A stretch of DNA of 51,589 nucleotides from a virus. Lineage: Duplodnaviria > Caudoviricetes. This document shows, piece after piece, positions 35,456 through 44,986 of this stretch. The stretch covers positions 1 through 51,589 of IMG/VR virus record IMGVR_UViG_3300033141_002903, one strand, 5' to 3'. Within the stretch, counting starts at the first letter, position 1, and each line of letters starts with the position of its first letter. The notes beneath the pieces were generated by a model. It did no database searches and had not been told where the DNA came from. It was given only the letters and a program-made list of their open reading frames with translations. The translations under genes were made by a program, and so were the position numbers.

Positions 35456-35643
35456 AATAGTTTAAAGATAAATATATAAATACTAAATGTTTTAAAAAAT
35501 TAAGATGGAACTTAAAAAAAGAGAAGAAAAGGAAATAAGGAAAAAGTGGGAAAAATTATCAGATGGTGAAAAATGCAGGTTTAATGGATATAAGGATTTT
35601 GTATCTGTTGAACTATTAAGGAGGAAATTGGATACAGAATAAA

Positions 35644-35913
35644 ATGGGATTTTCAACAATAGGAATAAAACCAGAAACAAAGAAAAAACTTAATGAATTT
35701 AAGGACTATTTAAAGGGAGAAATCAAGATAAGAAGTGATGATGATTTAATAAATTATCTGATTAAAAGTAACCTAAAATATCTTGAAATGGATTATAATA
35801 AGAAGAAAATTAAGTGGGAGAGAGAATATTTGGAATTGTGCAGGAAAAATAAACCCAAAATGTCATTTGAAGAATTTAAACAGAAAAAAATAACAGCAGA
35901 ATTAAAATGTTAA
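35644..35913 (+). CDS. RHH/antitoxin-like DNA-binding protein
   Basis: 'STIGIKPETKKKL...SDDDLINYLI' resembles archaeal RHH proteins. Confidence 0.55.
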   Translation: MGFSTIGIKPETKKKLNEFKDYLKGEIKIRSDDDLINYLIKSNLKYLEMDYNKKKIKWEREYLELCRKNKPKMSFEEFKQKKITAELKC

Positions 35914-36104
35914 TTGATGAGTTGAATTTAAAAGACGAATTAAAGGAGTTTATTCGTAAAGAATTTGGTGAGGTTGAAAGTCTTAAAATTATCAAGAATA
36001 CAAAGGGATTTAATTGGGAATTTAAATTGGTTGGGAAAGTTGAAGAGCAAATAAAGAGAATAATCAAAATAAACGAGGAGTTAGAAACTATCTTGAGATG
36101 TTGA
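35907..36104 (+). CDS. Hypothetical protein
   Basis: Coupled ORF. Confidence 0.55.
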   Translation: MLIDELNLKDELKEFIRKEFGEVESLKIIKNTKGFNWEFKLVGKVEEQIKRIIKINEELETILRC

Positions 36105-36227
36105 AATGAACAAAGAAATTAAGGTAAGTTTTGAACAGATTAAAAGGAAATGCAAGACGATTAAAGATTTAAGGGATTTATACTCTAATATAGAGAAAAT
36201 GAGACAGGTGAAAGGAGGGGTTAAAAA

Positions 36228-36659
36228 ATGAGTGCTTTTTTAATGAGTTTTCAAAGTTTAAGCAATCTTACAAATTGGTTTTATTTTGAAAATGACACAC
36301 ACGGAACTTTTAAAGGTTGTAAAAGAGAAATTTTTAAATTATTTCCAGAATTTGAGAAAGCAAAGTTTAAAGATAATTGGAATAAAGTTTTAGCAGAAGA
36401 ACTTTATAAATTAAATTGTTATTCTTTAAACCAAAGATACGGAGATGATTTAAAGAGTTTTCCAGAATTTGAACATAAAGAACCCGAAAAAATAGATATT
36501 TTTCAGTGTTTAAAATCTGTTCAGTGTTGGCTTTATCAAAGTTGCGAGGGAGACGCAGACACAAAACCACTTTATAAGATGATGCGAAGAATTGAGAAGG
36601 TTCTTTTAAATGCGATAGTAAATAGTTTAGAAGAATATAAAATCGCAAAGTGGGAATAA
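36228..36659 (+). CDS. Phage-type hypothetical protein
   Basis: AAGGAGG SD; 'LN..SLNQRYGD...LKSVQCWLYQSCEG'. Confidence 0.7.
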   Translation: MSAFLMSFQSLSNLTNWFYFENDTHGTFKGCKREIFKLFPEFEKAKFKDNWNKVLAEELYKLNCYSLNQRYGDDLKSFPEFEHKEPEKIDIFQCLKSVQCWLYQSCEGDADTKPLYKMMRRIEKVLLNAIVNSLEEYKIAKWE

Positions 36660-37238
36660 TATTTTTTTATTTTTTTTAAAAAGTGAGGGGTTACCCCAAG
36701 AGCAAGGAATTAAATATAAGATAAGTAAAATGAAAGAAGAAATAGTTTGTATAGATGATGTGCAAGATGGAAGTGTCTTAAAGTGGTTCGGAGTTGATTT
36801 AACTTTTAAAGGCAAAAAACAGGCACATTTGAGTATTTGCACAAGTTACCACACAAATCCAGATTTTTTGGAAATATCTGAAATCAATTTTTTAGAAGAT
36901 AGAGATTAAGAAATAAATACTAAGTGTTTATGTGTTTATGGTTTATTTTTAAAAACTCTTCCTATGGGCAAATTATTCGGTATTAGATTTTAGATAAGGT
37001 TCATTTTGTCACTTGTTTTGATTTTTGATATGGGGATAGTGTTGACAATTTAATAAATATTTAATTTGACAGTTTAATAAATGTATCAATTTAAAAATCA
37101 ATCACGGCTTTTTCTTAAGGATATTTCTAAGTTAAAAAAAATTCTGAAAAAAATTTTTGATAGATTAAAAATACAAGTGTTTGTTATTACTAAATAATTT
37201 ATAGAAAAATATTTAAAGGTTAAAATGTTGGGAAATTT

Positions 37239-37466
37239 ATGAGTTTGGGTCCTTGGAAAAAGTATAAGGAGAAAGTAATAAGAGGTGTTGATGGAAAAAG
37301 AGGATATATTTTTCATAAGAGGGTTGCTAAGGATTCTAATGGTGGTGGTTTAATTTGTGTTCCTAGAAGGTTTGTTGGTAAGAAAGTAACCTTAGTTATC
37401 ATGGATTATGGAGAAGAAGTTGATTTGTTAAATAGAGATATTGAAGAGGTGGATTTGTTCAAATGA
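37239..37466 (+). CDS. DUF2080/AbrB-like small protein
   Basis: 'KRVAKDSNGGGLICVPRRFVGKKVTLVI'. Confidence 0.6.
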   Translation: MSLGPWKKYKEKVIRGVDGKRGYIFHKRVAKDSNGGGLICVPRRFVGKKVTLVIMDYGEEVDLLNRDIEEVDLFK

Positions 37467-37559
37467 GTTATTGTAAATATCATTGTTGTTATTATAATGA
37501 ATGTTCGAATTATGAGATGAAAAGATGTAAAATTTATCGTAGGTTGGAGAAGTTATTGC

Positions 37560-37862
37560 ATGATTCAAATGGAAAAAACAAAGTGCGTTTGGAGAAACAT
37601 CCTTGATGCAAATAAGAACAGGTATAAAAAAGCTATGGAGTATTGTAGTGGTTGTGATGGCTATAATTTAGATTGCCCTGCACATCAAGATTATATCCAA
37701 AAAAATGAAAATTCAAGAAAGTTAGTACTTTTACTTAGAGATGGAATAACTGTTGAAATAAATAAGTGGTATAGGGATTCTGTTAAAGAAATACTTCCTG
37801 TAACAGAGGTGCAAAAATTGAAGAGAAAAGTAAATAGGCTATTAGAGTGGATTGTAAAATGA
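37560..37862 (+). CDS. Cys-containing hypothetical protein
   Basis: CSGCDG...C. Confidence 0.55.
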   Translation: MIQMEKTKCVWRNILDANKNRYKKAMEYCSGCDGYNLDCPAHQDYIQKNENSRKLVLLLRDGITVEINKWYRDSVKEILPVTEVQKLKRKVNRLLEWIVK

Positions 37863-38353
37863 AATTGAGGAAAACATATTGGGTTAAGCAAGAGAATAGA
37901 AGAAAAGGATATTGGTATGTTCAGTGTCCGAATACTGATTTACCAAGAGGAAATACAACTAAGTTAATTAGTCAGTGTAAAAAATGTCCAGATTATTTTG
38001 GAATGATTGTTGATGAAGATGTTGGAAGATATGTTAAATGTGATTATAGTGTTCCAAAAAAGATGCTTGAAAGCAGAGTAATCACTATGGAAGATAAGCC
38101 CTTTTATATAAATCATAAGCTAATGCATTCTTTGGTTTATTTTAATATTCATCCTAAAGATTTTGAAACAAAAGGTTTGTCTGGTGTAAAAAAAGAGGTA
38201 AAATCAATTTATCGTTCATTGCTAAAGACATTTCATCCAGATACTACTAAACTACCATTAGGAAGGGCAAAAAACGAATTAAGGCGGTTGAGAAGCCACT
38301 ATAATCGTATAAATAAATTGAGAATTAGTCCAAATGAGGATTTTATACAATGA
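37847..38353 (+). CDS. Protein with a C-terminal J-domain-like region
   Basis: 'VKSIYRSLLKTFHPD' HPD motif; Cys-rich N-terminus. Confidence 0.6.
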   Translation: MDCKMKLRKTYWVKQENRRKGYWYVQCPNTDLPRGNTTKLISQCKKCPDYFGMIVDEDVGRYVKCDYSVPKKMLESRVITMEDKPFYINHKLMHSLVYFNIHPKDFETKGLSGVKKEVKSIYRSLLKTFHPDTTKLPLGRAKNELRRLRSHYNRINKLRISPNEDFIQ

Positions 38354-38775
38354 AGTTATATTTAGCACACCCATATGAGCATTTGCATGAAATAAGGGAG
38401 TGGGAATTAGATTTTGAGAAAAGAAGTGGAATAGAGTTAATTAATCCTTTCTTTGATGTAGAAGATAGAGCAGTTCCAGAAATTGATATGCCTACAGATG
38501 ATAGAAGGAAACTAACATCAAAGTTTTATAAAAAAATAGTCACTGTAGATTTGAGGGAAATACTCATGTCTGATGGTGTTGTAGCAAGATTAAAAGGTCA
38601 TAAAATGTGCGGGACATATATGGAAATGGTTAATGCTACTATGATGAAGAAACCTGTTTATTCTATGATTGAAAATGACATGGATAGACACCCTTGGATA
38701 AAATATTATTCAACTGAAATATTTACAAAATTAAAGGAACTTGAAGATTTTCTTATTAATGTTAAAAATGGTTGA
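38350..38775 (+). CDS. Nucleoside 2-deoxyribosyltransferase/dNMP N-glycosidase-like protein
   Basis: 'KLYLAHPY', 'INPF', 'DL..I..SDGVVA', 'GTYME', 'KPVY'. Confidence 0.75.
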   Translation: MKLYLAHPYEHLHEIREWELDFEKRSGIELINPFFDVEDRAVPEIDMPTDDRRKLTSKFYKKIVTVDLREILMSDGVVARLKGHKMCGTYMEMVNATMMKKPVYSMIENDMDRHPWIKYYSTEIFTKLKELEDFLINVKNG

Positions 38776-39235
38776 TTACAAAAAACAAGGAAAAAGAAAT
38801 CGTGCTGCTGGAGCAAGATTTGAAAAGAAGGTAAGAGAAGATTTAGAAAAAAAAGGTTGGATAGTTAGTAGATGGTGTAATAATGTTGAGTGTATAAAAT
38901 ATAATAAAGAAAGCTGTAAAGACCCAGAAGATTGGGGAGAACTAAAATTAATTCCAGCAAAACACCAGTATAGAGGACCAGGTATTCCAATGTCTATAGG
39001 AACAGGATTTCCAGATTTTGTTTGTTTTAGACAACATAGAGAACCATATTATTTAGATAATAACTATGGATATTTATATGGGGTTATAGGAGTAGAATGT
39101 AAAACAAATGGTTACCTATCTAAAGAAGAAAAAGAAAAATGTAAATGGTTATTAGAAAATAACGTATTTAGTAAAATACTCATTGCTAAAAAAGGAAAAA
39201 AGAGAGGAGAGATAGTTTATACTGAGTTCAAATGA
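38768..39235 (+). CDS. hjc: Hjc-like Holliday junction resolvase (PD-(D/E)xK)
   Basis: 'GARFEKKVREDLEKKGWIVSR', 'GFPDF', 'GVECK'. Confidence 0.7.
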   Translation: MVDYKKQGKRNRAAGARFEKKVREDLEKKGWIVSRWCNNVECIKYNKESCKDPEDWGELKLIPAKHQYRGPGIPMSIGTGFPDFVCFRQHREPYYLDNNYGYLYGVIGVECKTNGYLSKEEKEKCKWLLENNVFSKILIAKKGKKRGEIVYTEFK

Positions 39236-39459
39236 CAAAAAGATTAGAAGAAAAAACAAAAAAATATTTGAAGGAAAATTATGTAGATGTATGTGTAGGA
39301 CCAATGACATTAGAAGAGATTGAATATGAAATAAGACATTACATAACTCAATATAAAGGATTAAAACAATTGGTTATAGATATAAATCAAAAAGAAAATA
39401 TATATCAAACTGCAATTTATATGAGAAAATCGGATTTTAAAAGAAAATGGGACAAATAA
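39232..39459 (+). CDS. Hypothetical protein
   Basis: Coupled ORF. Confidence 0.55.
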   Translation: MTKRLEEKTKKYLKENYVDVCVGPMTLEEIEYEIRHYITQYKGLKQLVIDINQKENIYQTAIYMRKSDFKRKWDK

Positions 39460-39833
39460 GAAGATTTAAAACTGGAGCAACAAGAGATACAGACGAGAAC
39501 AAGAATGACTACGAAGGTTTCCTTAGTCCTTTAGTTATTCAAAGATTTGGTGATTATATGACTAAACATAGAAAACAATCTGATGGAAGTATTAGAGATT
39601 CTGATAATTGGCAGAAGGGAATTCCTAAGGAAGAATATATTAAATCAGCATGGAGGCATTTTCTTGATTGGTGGTTAGAACATAGAGGACATAAATCAAG
39701 AGAAGGGATAGAAGATGCACTTTGTGCTTTGATTTTTAATGTTCAGGGATATTTACATGAAATATTAAAAGAAAATGAAAAATGGAGGATTAATTATGCC
39801 ATACATAGAACAAGAAAAAAGAAGAATGTATGA
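39447..39833 (+). CDS. dATP/dGTP diphosphohydrolase-like protein (DUF5664-like)
   Basis: 'FKTGATRD', 'DNWQKGIP', 'SAWRH', 'ALIFN'. Confidence 0.75.
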   Translation: MGQIRRFKTGATRDTDENKNDYEGFLSPLVIQRFGDYMTKHRKQSDGSIRDSDNWQKGIPKEEYIKSAWRHFLDWWLEHRGHKSREGIEDALCALIFNVQGYLHEILKENEKWRINYAIHRTRKKKNV

Positions 39834-40062
39834 ACCAGAATTGTCTAGTTTGAAAGATAAATTAGACGTAGAAAGCAAAGGAGATTTAACATATTTGGTT
39901 TTTTGTCTTGGATTAGAATATTTCAATAGGAAAGGGGTTTCATACACTTCTATCTCGAATGCTATAAGTTGTTTGACTGATGCTGCAGAAGAAATTAGAA
40001 GAAAGCATTTAATTCCTTATGAGAATCTAAAGATAAAGGAGAATGGAGATATATACAGATGA
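39796..40062 (+). CDS. DUF6899-like hypothetical protein
   Basis: 'MPYI...GDLTY...PYE..KI.ENGD'; GGAGG SD. Confidence 0.65.
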   Translation: MPYIEQEKRRMYEPELSSLKDKLDVESKGDLTYLVFCLGLEYFNRKGVSYTSISNAISCLTDAAEEIRRKHLIPYENLKIKENGDIYR

Positions 40063-40385
40063 AAAAAAGACAAGAAACTCTTAGTTTGAAAGACGCAATA
40101 GAAACCTTAGTTACTTATGACATTAAACACTGTCTATTCCCACATAATTATATTGCAGAAGTAATGGAAGAAATTCCAATAGTTCGTGGATTGGCAATGG
40201 ATGACAGGAAATTAATTTTACTTGATTCTGAACAAGGTATGGAGGAAATGAGGGAAACAATAATCCATGAATTAATTCATACTAAATATTACAGATTAGG
40301 AAATTTGAGGAGTAGGAATGTAGAGAGAAAGGTCATAGACGAAACGATTAGAACGTATAAAAAGCTCTATGGAGTAAAACCATAA
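40059..40385 (+). CDS. HExxH zinc metallopeptidase (ImmA/IrrE-like)
   Basis: 'RETIIHELIH'. Confidence 0.7.
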   Translation: MKKRQETLSLKDAIETLVTYDIKHCLFPHNYIAEVMEEIPIVRGLAMDDRKLILLDSEQGMEEMRETIIHELIHTKYYRLGNLRSRNVERKVIDETIRTYKKLYGVKP

Positions 40386-40421
40386 AATATAAATAGTCTA
40401 TTATCTTTAATATTTTAGAAA

Positions 40422-41189
40422 ATGGAAGAGAAAAAAGACAAGAAAGGGAAGGGAATAAGTCGTAGAGACTTCTTGCTTACTACAGGTCTATGTCTTACTA
40501 GTGGCAAATTAATCTACGATTCTCTTATAAATTTATACAAGAAAGAACAAATAAATAGGATTTTTAATGAGCTTCCTAACTATGTATATTTAGCAGAATA
40601 TAGTGGCGAGGATGAAGACGGGAATATTAGAACATCCAAGGGATATGGTATTGTATTAGATAGAAAGTATATCTCTGTTAGCCATATAATTGATATGGTG
40701 GGAAAATTCTTTTTACCAACTCCTTTTGGGTTGTTAGAAAAGAAGATTGATATAAAAAATAAGAAGTGTATGGTAAAAGGTAAAGAGTTAGAGATACTTG
40801 TTGAAGATATTCCAAATGATGTATTCATTGCTGATGTTAGCTGTTATGATAAAGATACTTTTGCTGATTTTCCATGTAAACCTACAACTAAAAGAAAACT
40901 TGGGGATACTGTTTATATGATAGGAAATCCACAACTTAAAGGAACAAATATCAGAAAGGGAATAATAAGTGACTTGGATACATTTGGTGATGATAGATTA
41001 ACTAAAAATTGTTTTGGAATCGACATTGGAGCAATTGGTGGTGATTCTGGAACTCCTTGTGTTAATGAAGATTTTGAATTGTTGGGTTTAGTGAGAAGCA
41101 GTGTTGGAAATGTATTAGGGTATGTAATTGGTATAGAACATTTTTTAAAAAAATTAGATTACCTTAATAATAAAAAATATGAACCTTGA
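40422..41189 (+). CDS. Trypsin-like serine protease with a Tat-like signal
   Basis: 'SRRDFLL' twin-Arg; candidate triad VSH / ND / GGDSG. Confidence 0.8.
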   Translation: MEEKKDKKGKGISRRDFLLTTGLCLTSGKLIYDSLINLYKKEQINRIFNELPNYVYLAEYSGEDEDGNIRTSKGYGIVLDRKYISVSHIIDMVGKFFLPTPFGLLEKKIDIKNKKCMVKGKELEILVEDIPNDVFIADVSCYDKDTFADFPCKPTTKRKLGDTVYMIGNPQLKGTNIRKGIISDLDTFGDDRLTKNCFGIDIGAIGGDSGTPCVNEDFELLGLVRSSVGNVLGYVIGIEHFLKKLDYLNNKKYEP

Positions 41190-41367
41190 GAAACTTGCAG
41201 AATTTGAACATATTTACAACCCACAACACCTTTATTGTAGATTACGTGATATGGGTATAGATAAGAAATATTCAAAGTCATTGATAGAGAGGTATGAAAA
41301 AGAGATTTATGCTCCTTTACTAAGATACATTCAAAATGAAAGGAAAAACATTACAGGAGAACATTAA
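41179..41367 (+). CDS. Hypothetical protein
   Basis: Coupled ORF. Confidence 0.55.
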   Translation: MNLEKLAEFEHIYNPQHLYCRLRDMGIDKKYSKSLIERYEKEIYAPLLRYIQNERKNITGEH

Positions 41368-43150
41368 AGAAAAATCAGATTGGCAGAGCATTCCAGTTGA
41401 TGAGAGAAAAAAATCCAACATTCTTAATCTTAAGTATGATAGTGATAAAACTACAATTGTTGTTATGGGTGATGAACATATTGGCTCACGATTTTATGAT
41501 GAAGATACCCACAAGAGGAATGTTGAATGGTGTTATGAAAATGATGTACCAATAATTTTAATGGGGGATGAATTAGAATGTATGGATATGGAAACGCAAA
41601 TTCTAACAGAAAAGGGTTGGAAATTTTTTTGGGAATTGGGGAATTTAAAAGTTGCTACATATAATATTGAAAGAGATGAAATAGAATATCAAAAACCAAT
41701 AAAAAAAGTTTATTATAAATATAAGGGGAAAATGTATCACTTTCTTAATAAAAAATTAGATATGTTTGTTACACCAAACCATAGAATTTTATGCAGGCAT
41801 CATAAAGACAAATTAGAAGTTAGGAGGGCGGATAAATTTACAATAAAATCTGCAAAAGCACGTTGTTGGAATGTTCCTTGCTCTGCATCTTGGAATAAGG
41901 GGCTTGAAGAATATGGTATTTCTGATGATGAGATAAAATTAATTGCGTGGATAATTACAGAGGGTTGGATAGAAAAAAGAGGATTAAGTTATAGGTATTA
42001 TACTTCTCAAAAAAACGGAACAAAAGAATCAGTAGAAATTAATAAAATTTTTAATAAACTTAATATAAAACCACATATAAAGTATAACAAACAAACAAAT
42101 GTTTTAACTTGGAGATTTACAGATAAAAACGGAAAATTTAAAAAATTAATCGGTAAAAAAACAAAAAGAATAACGAGAGAAATTCTTAATAAATTTAGTG
42201 AAAGGCAATTAAAAATTTTATACAAAATACTATTAAAAGGTGATGGTGGAAAAAGAGGGGAGTTTTTTACAATTAGCAAACAATTAAAAGATGATTTTTT
42301 GGAACTATGCTGTAAAATCGGTTTAGTTACTTCTGTAACAAAAACAAAAACAACAAAAGGACCAAATTCTAATGATAAATGGAAACCAAGAGATTTTTGG
42401 ATTATATATACTGGCAATGGAAAAGGAAATAAAAAAACAAAAAAAATGAAACACAAAACAATAACAGATTTGGATATTGTAGATTTTGATGGTGAAGTAT
42501 GGTGTGTTTCTGTTCCAAATAGTTTTTTAGTTGTTAAAAGAAATGATAGAGTATTCATTACAGGAAATACGGCTACAAGAGATTCTGTTGGTGCTGGTGT
42601 TTTTGAACAAGATGAAATAGTTCAGGAACAATTAGAACACGCAGAAAGGATTTATAAGCCTCTTGCTGAAAAAGGATTAATTTTAGGAAATCATATAGGC
42701 AACCATGAGGCAAGAGTATATAATCACTCTGGAGCAAATCTATCAAAAATCTTGGCAAAGTTGTTAGATATAAAGTATCTTGGTGTTGGTGCAATAACAA
42801 ACATAAAAGTTGGAAAAAATAATTATACTTTATATACTACACATGGTTCTTCTGGCTCTAGACTTCCACATACAAAAATTAAGGCTGTGTTGGATTTAGC
42901 AAATATGATTGATGTAGATATTTATGCAATGGGCCATCTTCATGCTCTTGACCACCATGTTAGAAATATGTATTATTTTGATAAAAGGAATAAAACAATA
43001 AAGGAAAAACAAAAACACTTTATTCTTACTGGAAGTTATTTAAAGCATTGGGGAAGTTATGCTCATATTAAGGGAATGGAACCAGCAAGAATAGGTAGCC
43101 CAAAAATAAAGCTGTCTGGATTGGAGAGAAGAATAAGGGTAAGTTTATAA
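41336..43150 (+). CDS. Calcineurin-like metallophosphoesterase containing an intein
   Basis: GDEHIG, MGD, GNHE, THG and GHLH motifs. Confidence 0.9.
   Translation: MKGKTLQENIKEKSDWQSIPVDERKKSNILNLKYDSDKTTIVVMGDEHIGSRFYDEDTHKRNVEWCYENDVPIILMGDELECMDMETQILTEKGWKFFWELGNLKVATYNIERDEIEYQKPIKKVYYKYKGKMYHFLNKKLDMFVTPNHRILCRHHKDKLEVRRADKFTIKSAKARCWNVPCSASWNKGLEEYGISDDEIKLIAWIITEGWIEKRGLSYRYYTSQKNGTKESVEINKIFNKLNIKPHIKYNKQTNVLTWRFTDKNGKFKKLIGKKTKRITREILNKFSERQLKILYKILLKGDGGKRGEFFTISKQLKDDFLELCCKIGLVTSVTKTKTTKGPNSNDKWKPRDFWIIYTGNGKGNKKTKKMKHKTITDLDIVDFDGEVWCVSVPNSFLVVKRNDRVFITGNTATRDSVGAGVFEQDEIVQEQLEHAERIYKPLAEKGLILGNHIGNHEARVYNHSGANLSKILAKLLDIKYLGVGAITNIKVGKNNYTLYTTHGSSGSRLPHTKIKAVLDLANMIDVDIYAMGHLHALDHHVRNMYYFDKRNKTIKEKQKHFILTGSYLKHWGSYAHIKGMEPARIGSPKIKLSGLERRIRVSL
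41579..42568 (+). mobile_element. LAGLIDADG intein (330 aa), Cys1...GN|Thr
   Basis: CMDMETQILTEKGWK; block B 'VTPNH'; 'LIAWIITEG' and 'LLKGDG'; 'VWCVSV...ITGN'. Confidence 0.92.
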
Positions 43151-43173
43151 ACTAAATTTTCTTATTAATTTTT

Positions 43174-44625
43174 ATGAAAACAGAAGAGGAAATACTTCAG
43201 GGAATGGATTATGTTTCTTTTTTGACTAGGTGCAAGGTTGATTTTAAATTCTTTTGCGAGAGGTTATTAGAAATAACAGAGTATGGTGGAATACATAAAT
43301 TTCAAATGGATTGGTTTTATCTAATCCAGAATAGTAAAGTTAGCGTTATAGAAGCTGCTGCTGGACATTCTAAAACAGAAATAGTTGGTGTTGCCTATAC
43401 TCTTTATTATGTTCTTAATCACCCAAACTCAAAAGTTCTTTTGATTTCTAAAGCTATGAAACAAGCGGAAACCAATCTTTTAGAAAGGATAAAAAATTAC
43501 ATTCATTTAAATGAAATAACTAAAAAATTGTTTAAACCAGAAAAAGAAACAACATGGAATAAGACACAAATTAAATTGGCAGACGGCTCTCTTATAACAA
43601 ATGTTCCTTATAATATTAATGTAAGGTCCTATAGGGCAAATTTAATTATTTGTGATGAAGCAGATACATATGATGACCCAGACCTATATTTTTCAGAAGT
43701 TACAAGTAGGTTGATTCCTGGTGGAAAGATTTGTTTAATAAGCACACCAAATGGTGTAACTAAATTGATAGGACAATTGAAAGCAAGGAGACCAACAGGA
43801 TACCAATTTTTAGTAACTCCAGCATTAGTTGATTTAGATGGAAATAGGGCAAAGCCACCATACGAGAAGGATAAAATTCGTTCAATTTGGGAGGAAAGAT
43901 TTAGTGTTGATTATCTTCTAACAGAGAGAGAGGCTATTGGGGATACTGCTTTTGAATTGGTTTATCAATGTAATGTAATTGAAGGCGAAGATGCAATATT
44001 CTCCATAAAAACCATTACAGAATGTTTTGATGAGACTATTGGATTTGATTACACAGTAAATGAAAAAGCACAATATTTTATTTCAGCAGATTTTGCTACA
44101 AGTAAGGGACCAAAGGCTGACTATGATGCATTCGTCGTTATAGAGAAGTTAGGGGAATATATCACAATTAAACATATTGAGATATGGAAGGGTAAGTTGG
44201 TTCCATTTAAGGAAAAGAGGCTTCTTGGATTATATGACATCTTTCAAAATGGTAGGACTGTTAAACTTATTATAGACCCAAATAATGTTGGTGAGGAGGT
44301 TGCTCGTAGATTACGTTCTTATGGATGCACAACAATTTTCCAAAAGTTTGACCATCAATCAAGGAAGGGTTTGCTAACAACTTTATCAAATGTCTTTGAA
44401 AGCAGAACAATAAGGATTCCTAGGAGTCCATCAGATGACAAAGCACTAAAATTAACTGATTTATTAATTGAACAAGCAATAGGATTTAAAAGAAAAAAGT
44501 CTGAAAGTGGAAATGAGGTTTTTTTATCAACAGCACCACATGATGATATTTTAATGTCATTGGCTATGGCTATTAATCATGCTTGTAAGGTTAGAAGTGC
44601 AAGTTTGGTTGGGATGAGCAAGTAA
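43174..44625 (+). CDS. terL: Terminase large subunit
   Basis: Walker A-like 'AAAGHSKT'; Walker B 'IICDEA'; 'ISTP'; nuclease 'ISADFA' and 'HDD'. Confidence 0.9.
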   Translation: MKTEEEILQGMDYVSFLTRCKVDFKFFCERLLEITEYGGIHKFQMDWFYLIQNSKVSVIEAAAGHSKTEIVGVAYTLYYVLNHPNSKVLLISKAMKQAETNLLERIKNYIHLNEITKKLFKPEKETTWNKTQIKLADGSLITNVPYNINVRSYRANLIICDEADTYDDPDLYFSEVTSRLIPGGKICLISTPNGVTKLIGQLKARRPTGYQFLVTPALVDLDGNRAKPPYEKDKIRSIWEERFSVDYLLTEREAIGDTAFELVYQCNVIEGEDAIFSIKTITECFDETIGFDYTVNEKAQYFISADFATSKGPKADYDAFVVIEKLGEYITIKHIEIWKGKLVPFKEKRLLGLYDIFQNGRTVKLIIDPNNVGEEVARRLRSYGCTTIFQKFDHQSRKGLLTTLSNVFESRTIRIPRSPSDDKALKLTDLLIEQAIGFKRKKSESGNEVFLSTAPHDDILMSLAMAINHACKVRSASLVGMSK

Positions 44626-44647
44626 CTATAATAATATTTATAAACTT
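44622..44647 (+). promoter_or_regulatory. 26-nt late-promoter repeat, copy 1
   Basis: GTAACTATAATAATATTTATAAACTT, identical to 46380-46405; TTTATAAA 21 nt before the ATG. Confidence 0.7.
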
Positions 44648-44665
44648 GTAAATTCATTTATTTTT

Positions 44666-44986
44666 ATGAAAATTTCCGAAATTTTTGAAAAATTAGTGGA
44701 ATATAACAAAAATAAGAAAAATTTTCCACAAAAGTTTAAAGGATTTTTAAAAAAAACATTGTTTTTTTTTGGAAAAATTAAGAATGTAAGGTTAGATAGC
44801 CAGGATAAAGAAGCTTTAATTCATCTTGTTGGTCAAGTTATTTTCTTTGGTTCTATGACTAATTTTGCTTTTTTTGTTATATTCTCGCTACCTTTTACAT
44901 CTTATTCGTGGATTGGATATGGTTTTGCCGTATATGTAATAGAAAAAAAACTAATTAAATGGTGTAGGGCAATCAGGTTTAAATAA
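44666..44986 (+). CDS. Two-TM membrane protein
   Basis: Hydrophobic segments; lies between terL and the portal gene. Confidence 0.65.
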   Translation: MKISEIFEKLVEYNKNKKNFPQKFKGFLKKTLFFFGKIKNVRLDSQDKEALIHLVGQVIFFGSMTNFAFFVIFSLPFTSYSWIGYGFAVYVIEKKLIKWCRAIRFK

